Shown here: one piece after another, positions 10,374 through 20,669 of the stretch | How positions within the stretch are numbered: position 1 is the stretch's first letter | How the letters are laid out: every line of letters begins with the position of its first letter | Source: Candidatus Bathyarchaeota archaeon | GTDB lineage: Archaea; Thermoproteota; Bathyarchaeia; Bathyarchaeales; Bathycorpusculaceae | Direction: 5' to 3' | NCBI GenBank assembly: GCA_963826715.1 | Contig: CAWGYA010000008.1 | Coordinates: forward strand, 1,024,001-1,088,000 | DNA: 64,000 nt | Made by a program: the position numbers and the translations under genes | Notes under the pieces: generated by a model | The model's input: the letters and a program-made list of their open reading frames with translations, nothing else | The model's database searches: none | What the model was told of the DNA's origin: nothing

Positions 10374-11798
10374 CTAGAACATCGATTTGATTTTGCCCAG
10401 CACACCCCATGTGGCCATATGCCTGAATGTGCGCCGTTTCATTGGATTGTTAGAGAACATCCCTCCAAATCGTCTGCTCCAAGAACCGTAAAAATTGCGG
10501 TAGCAACCATAAAGTTCCTCTTGTATTTGGTAGGTAGATAATGTTTCGGTTGGCATGATGGCATGAATCATGTCGTAGTGGCTCCAATTATGGTCTTCGA
10601 TCCAACCGTTGCGTTCAGCCTCGGCATATATTTCTGTGCCAGGAAAGGGTGTTAGGATGCCGAACATTATGAAGTCTGGATCCAAATCGTTGGCGAACTC
10701 TCTTAGTTGCTGAATGGATTGGTGAGTTTCTTTGCGGTTGCCAATTATAACCATGGCGTGGGCAAAGATACCGTTGTCCTGTAATAGCCGTACCGCCGTT
10801 TTTGCATCATTTGGTGTGATGCCTTTTTTGAAGTAATCCAGTGTGGCAGGATTTGAATTTTCTACTCCAAGCAGCACCCAGCTTAATCCAGACTTAGATA
10901 GGCGGGGCAAAAGGTCTTTATTGCGGATTATGTCATCGCAGCGAGCCTGCACAAACCACGTCACATCTTTAGGTAACTGTTTAGCGATGATTTCCTCAGC
11001 AATTTCTTGAGGACGCTGTCCTGTGCCAAAGTTGTCGTCGGTTAACCAGATCATTTCGCTACCGAATTCTCTACTGCAATATTCCATTTCGTCAGCAATG
11101 CGCCTCGCCGGTTTGAGGCGCCAGCAGCTTTGCCAATGACTCCACTGGGTGCAAAAGGTACATTGATGGTTGCATCCACGTGCGCCTTCTATAAGCGCAT
11201 ATGGTGCTCTTTTGCCTGCCATGACTGAGAAGTGGTATTTGGGCATGTTGTCTTTAACGAGATGGTAGCCTGGAAACGGTAAATCCTCCAAGTTTGCAAT
11301 TAATGGCCTTGAAGGGTTATGTGAGACAGTTACGCCGTTCCTATATGAGATGCCTTCAATATTGTGTAAACCTGTATCTTGCTGTTTTGCCTTCACCAAT
11401 TCAGATAGTGTCTGTTCTCCCTCACTACGTACGATTACATCGATGTCTTGGTAAAGCTTGAGGCTGTCTTGGGCTGTTGAGGTAAAATGTTGTCCACCTG
11501 TTATTGTAAGCGCATTTGGTGCCATTCGTTTAGCAATTTCCAGAGTTTTAACGACCGCATAAGTGTTACATGTAGCCAGAGAGGCACAAGCTACCACATC
11601 TGGGTTTGAACTGGCAATGCGCTCCTCTAACTGTTTCCAATCAACTTTCTCTGCGTTGCAATCTAGAATCTCTATTTCGATGTTTTTGTTTTCTCTTTCA
11701 AGATAGGCGGCGAGTTGGATTATGCCATAAGGTGGGGGCAGATATTCACCCATGACAAACCATATGTCTTTAGGTGGCTCGATGAATAGGACTTTCAA
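10374..11798 (-). CDS. cobalamin-binding (class B) radical SAM protein
   Basis: N-terminal B12-binding domain (PPYGIIQLAAYL, GGQHFT, RSEGE), CNHQCTFC, TPFPGT. Confidence 0.88.
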   Translation of the reverse strand: MKVLFIEPPKDIWFVMGEYLPPPYGIIQLAAYLERENKNIEIEILDCNAEKVDWKQLEERIASSNPDVVACASLATCNTYAVVKTLEIAKRMAPNALTITGGQHFTSTAQDSLKLYQDIDVIVRSEGEQTLSELVKAKQQDTGLHNIEGISYRNGVTVSHNPSRPLIANLEDLPFPGYHLVKDNMPKYHFSVMAGKRAPYALIEGARGCNHQCTFCTQWSHWQSCWRLKPARRIADEMEYCSREFGSEMIWLTDDNFGTGQRPQEIAEEIIAKQLPKDVTWFVQARCDDIIRNKDLLPRLSKSGLSWVLLGVENSNPATLDYFKKGITPNDAKTAVRLLQDNGIFAHAMVIIGNRKETHQSIQQLREFANDLDPDFIMFGILTPFPGTEIYAEAERNGWIEDHNWSHYDMIHAIMPTETLSTYQIQEELYGCYRNFYGSWSRRFGGMFSNNPMKRRTFRHMATWGVLGKIKSMF

Positions 11799-11989
11799 AT
11801 GCGCGGTCTCCTAGTCCTGATTAGTTAATTATGCTTATTAGACTGCCGTTAATTTTCTAAGACTAAATTTTGAATTAAGGTTCAAATGGTTATTTAGTCT
11901 TGAGACGTGGTCTTATTTTGCATCTTAACCTGAATAACTGCCCGATGAGTCGAAATATATGTAATACAAAAAATTTCGCTTAAAAAGGC

Positions 11990-12055
11990 GGGTTAAGAGT
12001 TGTGCGGAGATGCAAAGCGTGATGGCGAGCCATCAGATGCATTCCCTCTTAACCC
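11990..12055. ncRNA. candidate structured RNA (nested three-stem hairpin)
   Basis: GGGTTAAGAG/CTCTTAACCC outer stem, ATGCA/TGCAT middle stem, TGATGG/CCATCA apical stem in an AT-rich intergenic region. Confidence 0.4.
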
Positions 12056-12325
12056 ATTAAATAAATTGGTTAGTTAAGCTGAAAAGTTTTATGAAAGCAG
12101 AATTCATATTTTAGCACATATTTTGCTGTTTAACCATTATGAGAACTGAACCTGCAGATGCCAGAAACGAGAGGATGGGATAACGTAACTGTGAGTGTTT
12201 TTTATTCTATGGGTTGGGATTGGCAAAAAATAAAATTGATGTAACTCAATTGGATATAAGAGATTGATTGGGCACTGAAGTTTTTGTTTAAAAAAATGTG
12301 TGAAAAAATAAAATCGTTGCTGATC

Positions 12326-12559
12326 TTACTGTACAGATTGAACTTCCTTTATTTCTGGAACTTGCGTTTTAAGGTGCGCTTCGATGCCGTTTTTTAGCGT
12401 CATCTGCGACATAGGGCAGCCTGCGCAATGTCCAACCAAGCGGACCTTCACTATTGAACCTTCGACAGCAACAAGTTCTACATCTCCGCCATCCATTTGA
12501 ATTTGGGGTCTTATGTCGTCAAGAGCAGCTTGGACTCTTTTCTCGATTGATTCAACCAT
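12326..12559 (-). CDS. NifU/NfuA C-terminal domain protein
   Basis: IRPQIQMDGGDVELV...GHCAGCPMS..TLK.GIE. Confidence 0.9.
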   Translation of the reverse strand: MVESIEKRVQAALDDIRPQIQMDGGDVELVAVEGSIVKVRLVGHCAGCPMSQMTLKNGIEAHLKTQVPEIKEVQSVQ

Positions 12560-12791
12560 ATAGCTTCACGTTAGCTATTTTGAATTGGTTGGATTATAAA
12601 AAAGATTCCTGTCGGCTACCATCTTTCATCCATTTCAGGGAACGAGCTGACCTCGTAGCTAAATCAATTAATGTCCTTAGAAAGAAAACGTGTTTATTTG
12701 TCTTTAAAAAACAGGTAAAAACGCAGGTGGCGGCAAAAAGGTAGATTTTAGGGGTAATTATATTAGTAAGGCAGTAGAGTTTGACCATGAA

Positions 12792-13676
12792 ATGTCGCAC
12801 AAAGACCCTGCATCTTTCATGGCTCATCAGACAGGGAAAACAAAATACTACGGTATAATCTTCATAGTAATCTTAGCTATTCCCATAGGCATACTTCTCT
12901 ACCTAATCGCTCAGGGACCGTTGGCTTTTGCAGCTGCAATGTTTGTAACCCTCATTGGGGTGCTTGCCTTTTTAACATACTTCACTCTCAAAAGTGGTAG
13001 TCTCAAATACGAAGTAACCCCCCGAGAAGTCCGAGTCGCGTTTGGATTACTCACTAAAAGGGTGCCCTACAAGCAAATCGTCAAAGTGGAAAAAGCCGAG
13101 ATGAGCCTCTCTCTGCGTCTCTTCGGCGCTAGCCTACCGGGTTTCCATTGGGGTTTATTTACAACAAGCATTGGTAGAGTCCACGTTTACGCTACCAAAA
13201 TCAAAGGTGAATTTGTAATTGCCACCTTGAAAGATGGCGAAAAAATCGCACTCTCCCCCGAAGACCCCGATCAACTCATTGCAGCCTTAAACGAAAATAC
13301 TGCAGTATTTAGCAGCCAAACCAAGCAAGAAATCACTATCCAAATGCAAGCTCAAAAAAAACTTGCCTATTTCCAAGTCGCCGCGGTCACCATTGCCTAT
13401 CTGGTTTTTCTAGGTTACTTCTTTTGGGTTTACGCATCTCTTCCGCAGACTGTTCCAGTTCATTTCGGCTTTGATGGGATAGCTAACCGCTGGGCGGACA
13501 AATCGGAATTGTTATGGGTTGCTGGAATTGCAGCTGTTTTTCCAGCTATTAACGCCGTTTTAACTTTAAAATTCGGTAAATATGAGAGATGGATGGTGAT
13601 TTTGTTAGGTGCCATATTCGTAGTAACAATAGCCGTGTTCGTCTACGCTATCAATACCATAGTTACAGTAGCATAA
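12792..13676 (+). CDS. membrane protein, bacterial PH domain + DUF1648 (SdpI-like)
   Basis: RLFGASLPG...G.F PH-like part; LPQTVPVHFGFDG.ANRW DUF1648 motif. Confidence 0.75.
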   Translation: MSHKDPASFMAHQTGKTKYYGIIFIVILAIPIGILLYLIAQGPLAFAAAMFVTLIGVLAFLTYFTLKSGSLKYEVTPREVRVAFGLLTKRVPYKQIVKVEKAEMSLSLRLFGASLPGFHWGLFTTSIGRVHVYATKIKGEFVIATLKDGEKIALSPEDPDQLIAALNENTAVFSSQTKQEITIQMQAQKKLAYFQVAAVTIAYLVFLGYFFWVYASLPQTVPVHFGFDGIANRWADKSELLWVAGIAAVFPAINAVLTLKFGKYERWMVILLGAIFVVTIAVFVYAINTIVTVA

Positions 13677-13695
13677 AACACAAATGAGCGTGTAC

Positions 13696-14220
13696 TTACT
13701 TTGGGCTTACGTTTTCTTTTAATTGGCATGCGAATTTTTTTGCTTTCTTTATTTCTTTACTGTTGGGATGCCCCTTGTTGACACCGCCGAATAGTTTGAA
13801 AATTCGATAATAGTCTGTGAAGCCTCGACAAGAGTACTCACCAATAATTGTGTAACCTTTAGCTGTGAGTTTATCTTTGAGATTGCGGTGATAGCGGCTT
13901 TCAAAGAGACTGTTTCTGCCTCGTGTAGAGAAAATAAAGACTTTTTTGTCTTGACGTGGTAATGAATCAACGAAGGCCAGCAAATTTTCATCGTGGCTGC
14001 CGTAGAATATGCCTGAGCCAAACCCGACTAGATCAGCCTCAGTGGCATCGCTGGTTTGTGCATACGTAGGTTGTACGACTTTAGCATCCAGAACTGATGC
14101 CATGGCTACCGCAAGCTTTTGGGTATTGCCTTTGTATTTTTGGGAACACACAATCGTTGTTTTCAAGTTTATATCAAAGCCTTTAGAGGAAGTCGATGAC
14201 TTAAATTTTTCATTTCGCAA
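13696..14220 (-). CDS. flavodoxin family protein
   Basis: S..GNT.KLA, GFGSGIFYG, FIFST.G, GHPN. Confidence 0.85.
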   Translation of the reverse strand: MRNEKFKSSTSSKGFDINLKTTIVCSQKYKGNTQKLAVAMASVLDAKVVQPTYAQTSDATEADLVGFGSGIFYGSHDENLLAFVDSLPRQDKKVFIFSTRGRNSLFESRYHRNLKDKLTAKGYTIIGEYSCRGFTDYYRIFKLFGGVNKGHPNSKEIKKAKKFACQLKENVSPK

Positions 14221-14358
14221 AACCTTGACTTAGTGAGATAAGTCTATTTATCTGCCGTTCGTTGTTCAATATTTCGGGTTAGCTTTCAAAAATTTTTGCA
14301 TGCACTGCCGGATTCCGGTTGTGGCTCCAACTGTGGCGTTGCCGAAACAAAGCAGTAT

Positions 14359-14598
14359 TCACTCAGGCGGATGTTTAATCCATACCTTATTCTTTTCCTG
14401 CATCTTAACCCGCCCCTCTGTCTGCATTAGCTGGACCTGAAAATCAACAAATCGGTCGTCGCCGGAGGAGACTTCTTTGCGGATAGCGTCTTGCAGCTTG
14501 GGCAAGTTAATATGTTCTGTCGAGCCTACGATGCCCCAGAAGTGGCGTTGGATGTTCTCCCGCATTTTCTGCGTATTTAAATCCGCGATTTTAGTCAT
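14359..14598 (-). CDS. hypothetical small protein
   Basis: 79-aa ORF with ATG start, directly after the small Cys-rich ORF. Confidence 0.5.
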   Translation of the reverse strand: MTKIADLNTQKMRENIQRHFWGIVGSTEHINLPKLQDAIRKEVSSGDDRFVDFQVQLMQTEGRVKMQEKNKVWIKHPPE

Positions 14599-14604
14599 CT
14601 GTTG

Positions 14605-14724
14605 TTACCTTGCGCAGTAAGGCCATTCATCTTTGGTTTTATGGTAAGCTGCACATTCTTGGCAATTGCTATGGCGAGGGCAACTTTTTTTTGGGCATGG
14701 ACAATGAGGGGCTAAATCCGACAT
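14605..14724 (-). CDS. 39-aa Cys/His-rich small protein (absent from the ORF track)
   Basis: Manual translation MSDLAPHCPCPKKSCPRHSNCQECAAYHKTKDEWPYCAR*. Confidence 0.65.
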   Translation of the reverse strand: MSDLAPHCPCPKKSCPRHSNCQECAAYHKTKDEWPYCAR

Positions 14725-14817
14725 AATTCATATTGCATAGTTCGTTGAATATAACAGTTCTTTAATTTTGGAATTGCAATAGAAAATGTTCTTTAAAGCA
14801 AGAGCGGATAAAACTAT

Positions 14818-15612
14818 ATGGCTGATATATTGGATTCACTAAAAAAGCTGGCGGCCTTCTTAATTGTCATATTGTTTTTGGCAGTTGTCACAATTGTCAT
14901 TTTTCATTTCTTTATAGCTGAACCCACAAATTTATCTATATTTTTGAAGCAAGTGGGTAACATATCCATAATTCTTGTTTTTTCGCTAATTGTCCTTTAT
15001 TATCTATCCCATGTAAAAAATCTCTTGTCACCACATATCGGCCTGCAGGCAGCTACCATTATTCAGTTTCTCTTTATTGGACTTGCCCTTCTCATAATGA
15101 CATTTTCTATCTTAGCAAACTTTAACGTTAGCCTCACCACCCTGCTCACAGGCGCAGGCATAATCTCCATCACAGTCGGTTTAATCATATCCACATTCGT
15201 CGGAGGCATCCTCTCAGGAGCATTGGTTTTTACAACCTACCAGTTCAAAATAGGCGAAGATGTTATGGTTAACAACGTTCCTGGAAAAATCGTTGATATG
15301 ACCGCTCTTGTTATGCGTATAAGAACTGATGTTGGACAAATTACCATCCCCAACAGCGCCGTATCTTCAGGAGGTGTAATTATAACTTCAGTACGCAAAC
15401 CTGAACCAGCCCAGGAAACCAGGCTCAACTATAAGGTGGGCGACCGTGTGATTACTTCCTTTAAACTCGAGGAAGGTAAGGTAAAAGAAATCACCGCTTT
15501 CCATACGACTGTTCTTTTGGATTCAGGTCGACAGATTACTTTCCTAAACAACAGTGTATTAATGGGTGCGGTTGCGATTGCTAAAGTGACTTCTAATCCG
15601 CCGCCAACCTGA
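14818..15612 (+). CDS. mechanosensitive ion channel (MscS family)
   Basis: TM helices, GAGI..I.VGL, FKIGEDV...G.I, IPNS; second similar beta-domain repeat at the C-terminus. Confidence 0.8.
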   Translation: MADILDSLKKLAAFLIVILFLAVVTIVIFHFFIAEPTNLSIFLKQVGNISIILVFSLIVLYYLSHVKNLLSPHIGLQAATIIQFLFIGLALLIMTFSILANFNVSLTTLLTGAGIISITVGLIISTFVGGILSGALVFTTYQFKIGEDVMVNNVPGKIVDMTALVMRIRTDVGQITIPNSAVSSGGVIITSVRKPEPAQETRLNYKVGDRVITSFKLEEGKVKEITAFHTTVLLDSGRQITFLNNSVLMGAVAIAKVTSNPPPT

Positions 15613-15728
15613 TTTTGTTATCTCATTTTATTATAAACCACTAACCCAAGGCTTCAGCGCCAATAGCAAACAGTTTTTGTCAGTTTAGTTTTTTGGTGCC
15701 TTTTTTTTTTTATCTTTTCTAAAAAGTT

Positions 15729-17690
15729 TTAAAGGAATAGCGAGAGCAGCCTATAGGCTAAACCTCCCACTAGTAATGCCGCGCCTATATTTGCGGCGGT
15801 TATCGCTGCGGTAGCTTTCCAGCCGAATTCTTTGCCCAAAATTGCTACTGTCGATATACAGGGAATGTAGAGCATCGCTACCACGGCAATTACCACTAAC
15901 TGCACGGGTGTGAAGCCCACAAGAAGGTTGGTGGTCCCGAGAATCGATACTGCGCCGAGGAGCACAAATTCTTTGCGAATTGTTCCTAAGATGAGTAGAA
16001 TACCTGCTATGGTTGGTAATCCGAGCCACCAAACAGTCAATGGCGCCATTGCATCGCTGATAGGTGTTAACACATTTAAAGCGTAGGCGGCTTGGATGAG
16101 TGCGCTGCCTATGATGTAAATGGGAAACACTACGTAGATGATGGATTTAGTGCGTGTCCAAGTCTGCTTCAGTACTATTTTGAGGTTGGGCCGCTTGAAG
16201 CTACTCATCTCCATGATTAATCCTGTTGATTTGCCCGGAACTGCTTTCATTGCAACTCTACCTAACGCGAAAATCACCACCACATCAACCACATAAAGCA
16301 GTAGAGCCCACTGGATACCGACGAATAAGCCCACCATGCCGAAGAGAATGATTGTTCGGGCAGAACAGGGTGCGAAAGTTATAGCGAAGGCAGCGAGTAG
16401 TCTTTCCCGTCGTGTTTCCATGATTTTACATGCTTGGATTGCTGGAACGTTGCATCCAAATCCCAAAATGATTGGGATTAGCGCTTTACCATGTAGCCCC
16501 ATCTTGTGCATGGCGCTATCCATCATGAAGGCGACGCGGGTTAACAAGCCTGAATCCTCAATGGCTGCCAAAAGCAAGTAGAAAGGAATCACGAATGGGA
16601 TAATCAGTGTTAAACCTGCGGCTATGCCGCCCCAAACGCCGTTTAAGAGAATAGCGAGAATCGGTTGAGAAGACATTAAAACAGGGTCTACAGGTTGAAT
16701 CAAGTTTAACCCGTCTGCAATTACAGTTGATATAGCATTGCCGATAAAGAATGTCCAAAGTAGCAACCCCGCTATGACGCCAACGGAGGTGAAGTACCCT
16801 AAGACGCGGTGAGTAGTTAACCATTCCAGCTTATCGGAGAATGTATTCCATATCTCGCTTTGCTGTAACGTTGAAGCCGCAATTGAGCTTGCTAGTGCAT
16901 ATCTTTCTGAAGCGATAACAGAGAAACAGGGTTCCTCACAGTTTACCTGAAGTTCGTTCCCAATTACCTTAGCATATTCAAAGACTTTTTTGAATTTTTC
17001 AGCGAATTTTTTGTTTATTTCACTGTCGCCTTCAAGAAGCTTAATTGCTAGCCAACGGGCAGGATATTGGACTTCAAGATTTTCTTTTTCTACTATCTGT
17101 TGCAGTTGTTCGATTTTCTCTTCTATGTCTCGGCGGTATTTGAGGTGTTTGGTTTTTGGTTTCTCTAAGGCAACTCTCACCACTTCACCCATGAGTTCAT
17201 AAATGCCTTCGCCGCGTGTTGCCACCGTAAAGACAACGGGAACGCCTAGTTCCTCTTGGAGTTTTTCTTTATCAATGATTATGCCTTTCTTTTTTGCTTC
17301 ATCTACCTGGTTTAAACAAACAATTAGTGGAACACCCATCTCCATAAGTTGAATGGTGAAAAAGAGGTTGCGCTCCAATATCGATGCGTCAAGTATGTTA
17401 ACAACTACGTCGGGTTTCTCTAATGCGATGTAGTCGCGGGAAACCATTTCCTCCATTGAAAATGTGGAGAAGGAGTAGATTCCTGGCAAATCAATGACTG
17501 TTATGTCATAGCCTTCAAAACGTAGAGTGCCTTCGGCGCGGTCTACGGTTTTGCCTGGCCAGTTGCCGATAACCTGGTCCGAACCTGTGAGATCGTTGAA
17601 GATAACGCTTTTGCCCACGTTTGCGTTACCAGCTAATGCTATGGTTAAATGCTTATCATTTGCTACTTTTTTTTTCTGGTTGGGCCTCAT
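15729..17690 (-). CDS. feoB: ferrous iron transporter B
   Basis: [23 protein letters not shown] GTPase motifs; GFGCNVPAI gate; LYIPC. Confidence 0.95.
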   Translation of the reverse strand: MRPNQKKKVANDKHLTIALAGNANVGKSVIFNDLTGSDQVIGNWPGKTVDRAEGTLRFEGYDITVIDLPGIYSFSTFSMEEMVSRDYIALEKPDVVVNILDASILERNLFFTIQLMEMGVPLIVCLNQVDEAKKKGIIIDKEKLQEELGVPVVFTVATRGEGIYELMGEVVRVALEKPKTKHLKYRRDIEEKIEQLQQIVEKENLEVQYPARWLAIKLLEGDSEINKKFAEKFKKVFEYAKVIGNELQVNCEEPCFSVIASERYALASSIAASTLQQSEIWNTFSDKLEWLTTHRVLGYFTSVGVIAGLLLWTFFIGNAISTVIADGLNLIQPVDPVLMSSQPILAILLNGVWGGIAAGLTLIIPFVIPFYLLLAAIEDSGLLTRVAFMMDSAMHKMGLHGKALIPIILGFGCNVPAIQACKIMETRRERLLAAFAITFAPCSARTIILFGMVGLFVGIQWALLLYVVDVVVIFALGRVAMKAVPGKSTGLIMEMSSFKRPNLKIVLKQTWTRTKSIIYVVFPIYIIGSALIQAAYALNVLTPISDAMAPLTVWWLGLPTIAGILLILGTIRKEFVLLGAVSILGTTNLLVGFTPVQLVVIAVVAMLYIPCISTVAILGKEFGWKATAAITAANIGAALLVGGLAYRLLSLFL

Positions 17691-17709
17691 CTGGTGGTCA
17701 TCTCAGGCT

Positions 17710-18426
17710 TTATCTTGGGGTTGGCTCTACGAAAACTTTAGATGCGATACCTCTGCCTATGGCGAGTTTGGAGCGGCGCACAGAAACCTCGATTGGTCCC
17801 TCGAAGGGTGCAGCTTTGATGAGCGTAATTTTTGTGCCAGGTGTCAATCCCATGTCAAGAAGGCGCTGAAGTACAGTGTGACCACCTCGAATGAACTGGA
17901 TTTTGCCCGATTGCCCAGCTTTTAGCTCACTGAGTGCTAGTAGGTTTTCTTTGCGTTTGCCCACTTCCTCGAGACCTTGGCTATGAAGTTTTATGCATTC
18001 CTCGCAGGTGGAAAATGGAAGGTCGCAAGCGGGGATGGTTTTGCCGTCGTCGCTGCAGGTGTCAGGATGTTTTAGGAAACGACACAGGGATTCTTCAGCT
18101 TCGTCGGACAGGGAATGTTCCATGCGGCAGGCTTCCACATGGACTTTGTCTTTGCCGATATGGAGTACGTCGCTGAGGAAAGTTTCAAGTAAACGGTGTT
18201 TGCGAGTGACTTTTTTTGCTTCTTGTAGTCCTTTGTCGGTGAGGGTGCTGCCCTGGTATGGGTGGTATTTGACGTAGCCTTCTTCGGATAGTTTTTTGAG
18301 CATTTCGGTGACGCTGGCGGGAGAGACGTTTAGTTTTTGGCTGATGTGGGTGGTGCTGACTAGGTCACCGTTTCGGTTTAGGTTGTAGATGGCTTTTAGG
18401 TAGTCTTGAGTTGATTTTTGCTCCAT
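17710..18426 (-). CDS. DtxR/MntR family metal-dependent regulator with C-terminal FeoA domain
   Basis: DYLKAIY, SVTEMLKKL, RKHRLLE.FL, EACRMEH; FeoA RLLDMGLTPG. Confidence 0.92.
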   Translation of the reverse strand: MEQKSTQDYLKAIYNLNRNGDLVSTTHISQKLNVSPASVTEMLKKLSEEGYVKYHPYQGSTLTDKGLQEAKKVTRKHRLLETFLSDVLHIGKDKVHVEACRMEHSLSDEAEESLCRFLKHPDTCSDDGKTIPACDLPFSTCEECIKLHSQGLEEVGKRKENLLALSELKAGQSGKIQFIRGGHTVLQRLLDMGLTPGTKITLIKAAPFEGPIEVSVRRSKLAIGRGIASKVFVEPTPR

Positions 18427-18443
18427 TTGTCTCGTCCCTGTTT

Positions 18444-18499
18444 TTTAGGTGTGCCTAAATTAGGTTTTTTAACCATATAAAGGTTTAGGCATGCCTAAA
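18444..18499. promoter_or_regulatory. two DtxR/IdeR-type operator palindromes flanking the TATA box of dtxR-feoB
   Basis: TTTAGGTGTGCCTAAA (18444-18459) and perfect palindrome TTTAGGCATGCCTAAA (18484-18499); minus-strand TTTATA between them. Confidence 0.85.
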
Positions 18500-18545
18500 T
18501 ATTTCTTACGACTGAATTCTAACGTGGCATCAAGAACAAGCCATA

Positions 18546-19325
18546 CTACTCAAAAAACGATTCAAGTTTAGCTGTTTCTGCTTTCTTAAGTACCAAAGCG
18601 CATTCTTTCGGATCCAACGCCTTAAACTCTAAGTCCATAGAAATCAATAATCGCTGAACATCTTTAGCGAGACTCGGTGCAACTAATACTGCTCGGACAG
18701 GGCGATTAACTTTGGCCTTAATGGGTTCAATGTATTTTGCCAACTGTAACGCGGCTTCTTTGGAGGCTACTCTGCGTTTAACTTCAATAATGACAAGTTT
18801 GCCCTCTTTGTCTTCTCCGAAAATATCTACAAATCCGGGTTCAACCTTTTTTTCCCAACTTATGGGCTTGAAGCCTTCTTCGAAAAGCTGAGGTTTAAGC
18901 AGTATGGCTCGGTGCATGTCATCTTCGCTAGCATGCAACAGAAAGTCTCCGAAATCCACAAGTGCCAATGAGGAAACCATTAGAATTGACGAAAAAGTTA
19001 CTTTCACTTTTTCTCGGGGTTTCCCTCGCACGCCATGGATTTCTAGTTTGTTATCTTTGACTTCAACGTGGAAAATGCTGCCTGCAGGTTGCCAATTTAC
19101 GGGTTCATAACCGACTGGGCGATGCACCAAAAGTGCTCCATCGGATTTCACCAAAAGCAAGCGCTCGCCGTTTTCCAGCTTTGAGTTGGCTCTGCCTGTG
19201 TAGTTGACTTGGCAGTTACCTGCAACGATTAGAGTTCTGCGTTGTGCAAAGTTTTTTTCAATGAGGACTGCGGCTTCCTCTAAAGTGGGTTCTTTGAGTA
19301 CTTCAAGTTTGTTTGGTGGCTGCAT
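18546..19325 (-). CDS. nucS: endonuclease NucS/EndoMS
   Basis: C.V.Y.GRA.S.L, K.DG.LLVH, PVNWQP, G.VD, IIEVKR, QLAKY. Confidence 0.93.
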   Translation of the reverse strand: MQPPNKLEVLKEPTLEEAAVLIEKNFAQRRTLIVAGNCQVNYTGRANSKLENGERLLLVKSDGALLVHRPVGYEPVNWQPAGSIFHVEVKDNKLEIHGVRGKPREKVKVTFSSILMVSSLALVDFGDFLLHASEDDMHRAILLKPQLFEEGFKPISWEKKVEPGFVDIFGEDKEGKLVIIEVKRRVASKEAALQLAKYIEPIKAKVNRPVRAVLVAPSLAKDVQRLLISMDLEFKALDPKECALVLKKAETAKLESFFE

Positions 19326-19391
19326 ATTTTTTTCAGCTAATGTATTTTAGGTGGTGCAATGGTACATAAGATTTCTTGAGGCAAAAAAGTA

Positions 19392-19943
19392 TTGGCTTGG
19401 AAACAGAAGCGGCAGGTAATGCAGCGCTATGATGTTACAGCTCAGATGTATGATGAACGCTATTGTGCGGAACAGAGTCGAAAATACAAGAAAGCCCTCA
19501 AAAGTGTCGATGTGACTGATTTAACGGTTCTGGATGTGGGTTGTGGTTCAGGTAATTTTTTTGGAGAGATTGCTGAGAAAGCCAAGTTTGTGGTTGGTAT
19601 GGATGTGTCTCGGGGGTTGCTGAAGTTAGCTAAGGTGCAGGCGAAGATGTTTGATAACGTTTTTGTGGTGCAGGCAGATGCTGACCATTTGCCGTTTTGT
19701 AGTAGCGACTTGTTTGGGGCTGTTTTTCTGTTTACCGTGCTGCAAAATATGCCCACGCCCATTAGAACCCTCAAAGAGCTTAAGGGTGCTATTGTGATTG
19801 GTGGTTGGGTAGTTGTCAGTGGTCTCAAAAAGGCTTATGGGTTGGAGAAGTTCATGGATATTTTGGAATCAACAGGATGGCCGATAGTGGCGTTTGTGGA
19901 TGAAGAGGCTGTGAATTGCTATATCGCTGTGTTAGTCGCATAG
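19392..19943 (+). CDS. class I SAM-dependent methyltransferase
   Basis: VLDVGCGSG, D.S, ADA..LPF. Confidence 0.85.
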   Translation: MAWKQKRQVMQRYDVTAQMYDERYCAEQSRKYKKALKSVDVTDLTVLDVGCGSGNFFGEIAEKAKFVVGMDVSRGLLKLAKVQAKMFDNVFVVQADADHLPFCSSDLFGAVFLFTVLQNMPTPIRTLKELKGAIVIGGWVVVSGLKKAYGLEKFMDILESTGWPIVAFVDEEAVNCYIAVLVA

Positions 19944-20106
19944 CATCAGTCTATTCGCGATTATCGCGGAATTGATGGCGATTTTAGAGCAGCTAAAAAT
20001 GAGGCTACAGTAAATTTACAAATATGAGTCGCTTCAGTGTGCAGTTGATGCACTTTACAGTAATCCTTTACTGCCCTGGGACAATACCCTTCTTAGATGA
20101 AAAACT

Positions 20107-20610
20107 ATGTTGATTGGTGCCGTCTCGGATTCTCATGATAATTTGCCGTTAATAGAAAAAACAGTTCAAATTCTAAACAATCACAAAGTTGATTTGGTGC
20201 TTCATGCAGGTGACTTTGTAGCACCTTTTACAATAGTCAGATTCAATAAGCTTAACTGCCCCTTAATTGGAGTGTTTGGTAACAATGATGGTGACCATGA
20301 ACTTTTAAAATTGCGTTTCAGCGAAACCAAGAACTGCACTGTTCATGATCGTTTTGCCGAGATCACTGTGGAGGGCTACCGCGTAGCGTTGCTCCATGGA
20401 CACGAATCTGATTTACTTGCTGCTATAATTAACTCAGGGTACTTCGATTGCGTCGTGCATGGGCACTCCCACAATGCGGATATAGAACGCAAAGGCAAGA
20501 CCCTTGTGGTGAATCCCGGTGAGCTTTGCGGCTACCTCACAAATAAACCTAGTATAGCACTTATCGATACCGAGAAAAAAGAGGCAATTCACTTAATGTT
20601 AAATCTTTAA
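20107..20610 (+). CDS. metallophosphoesterase (MJ0936/YfcE family)
   Basis: SDSHDN, HAGD, GNND, HGHSH, NPG. Confidence 0.9.
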   Translation: MLIGAVSDSHDNLPLIEKTVQILNNHKVDLVLHAGDFVAPFTIVRFNKLNCPLIGVFGNNDGDHELLKLRFSETKNCTVHDRFAEITVEGYRVALLHGHESDLLAAIINSGYFDCVVHGHSHNADIERKGKTLVVNPGELCGYLTNKPSIALIDTEKKEAIHLMLNL

Positions 20611-20669
20611 CAGACTGTGCATTTTGCCGCTAAGTGACTTTTCCTGAAAACATTTAGTCGTGTGGCGTG

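Noticed and set aside
11938-11956. Hammerhead-like GATGAG..GAAA
   Set aside because: Core is CCGATGA rather than CTGATGA and supporting stems are absent.
11990-12060. Cobalamin riboswitch (minus strand AAGAGGGAA) upstream of the B12 rSAM
   Set aside because: Lacks the other conserved elements (CCCGCAACTGT, GCCACTG, B12 box); kept only as an unclassified hairpin.
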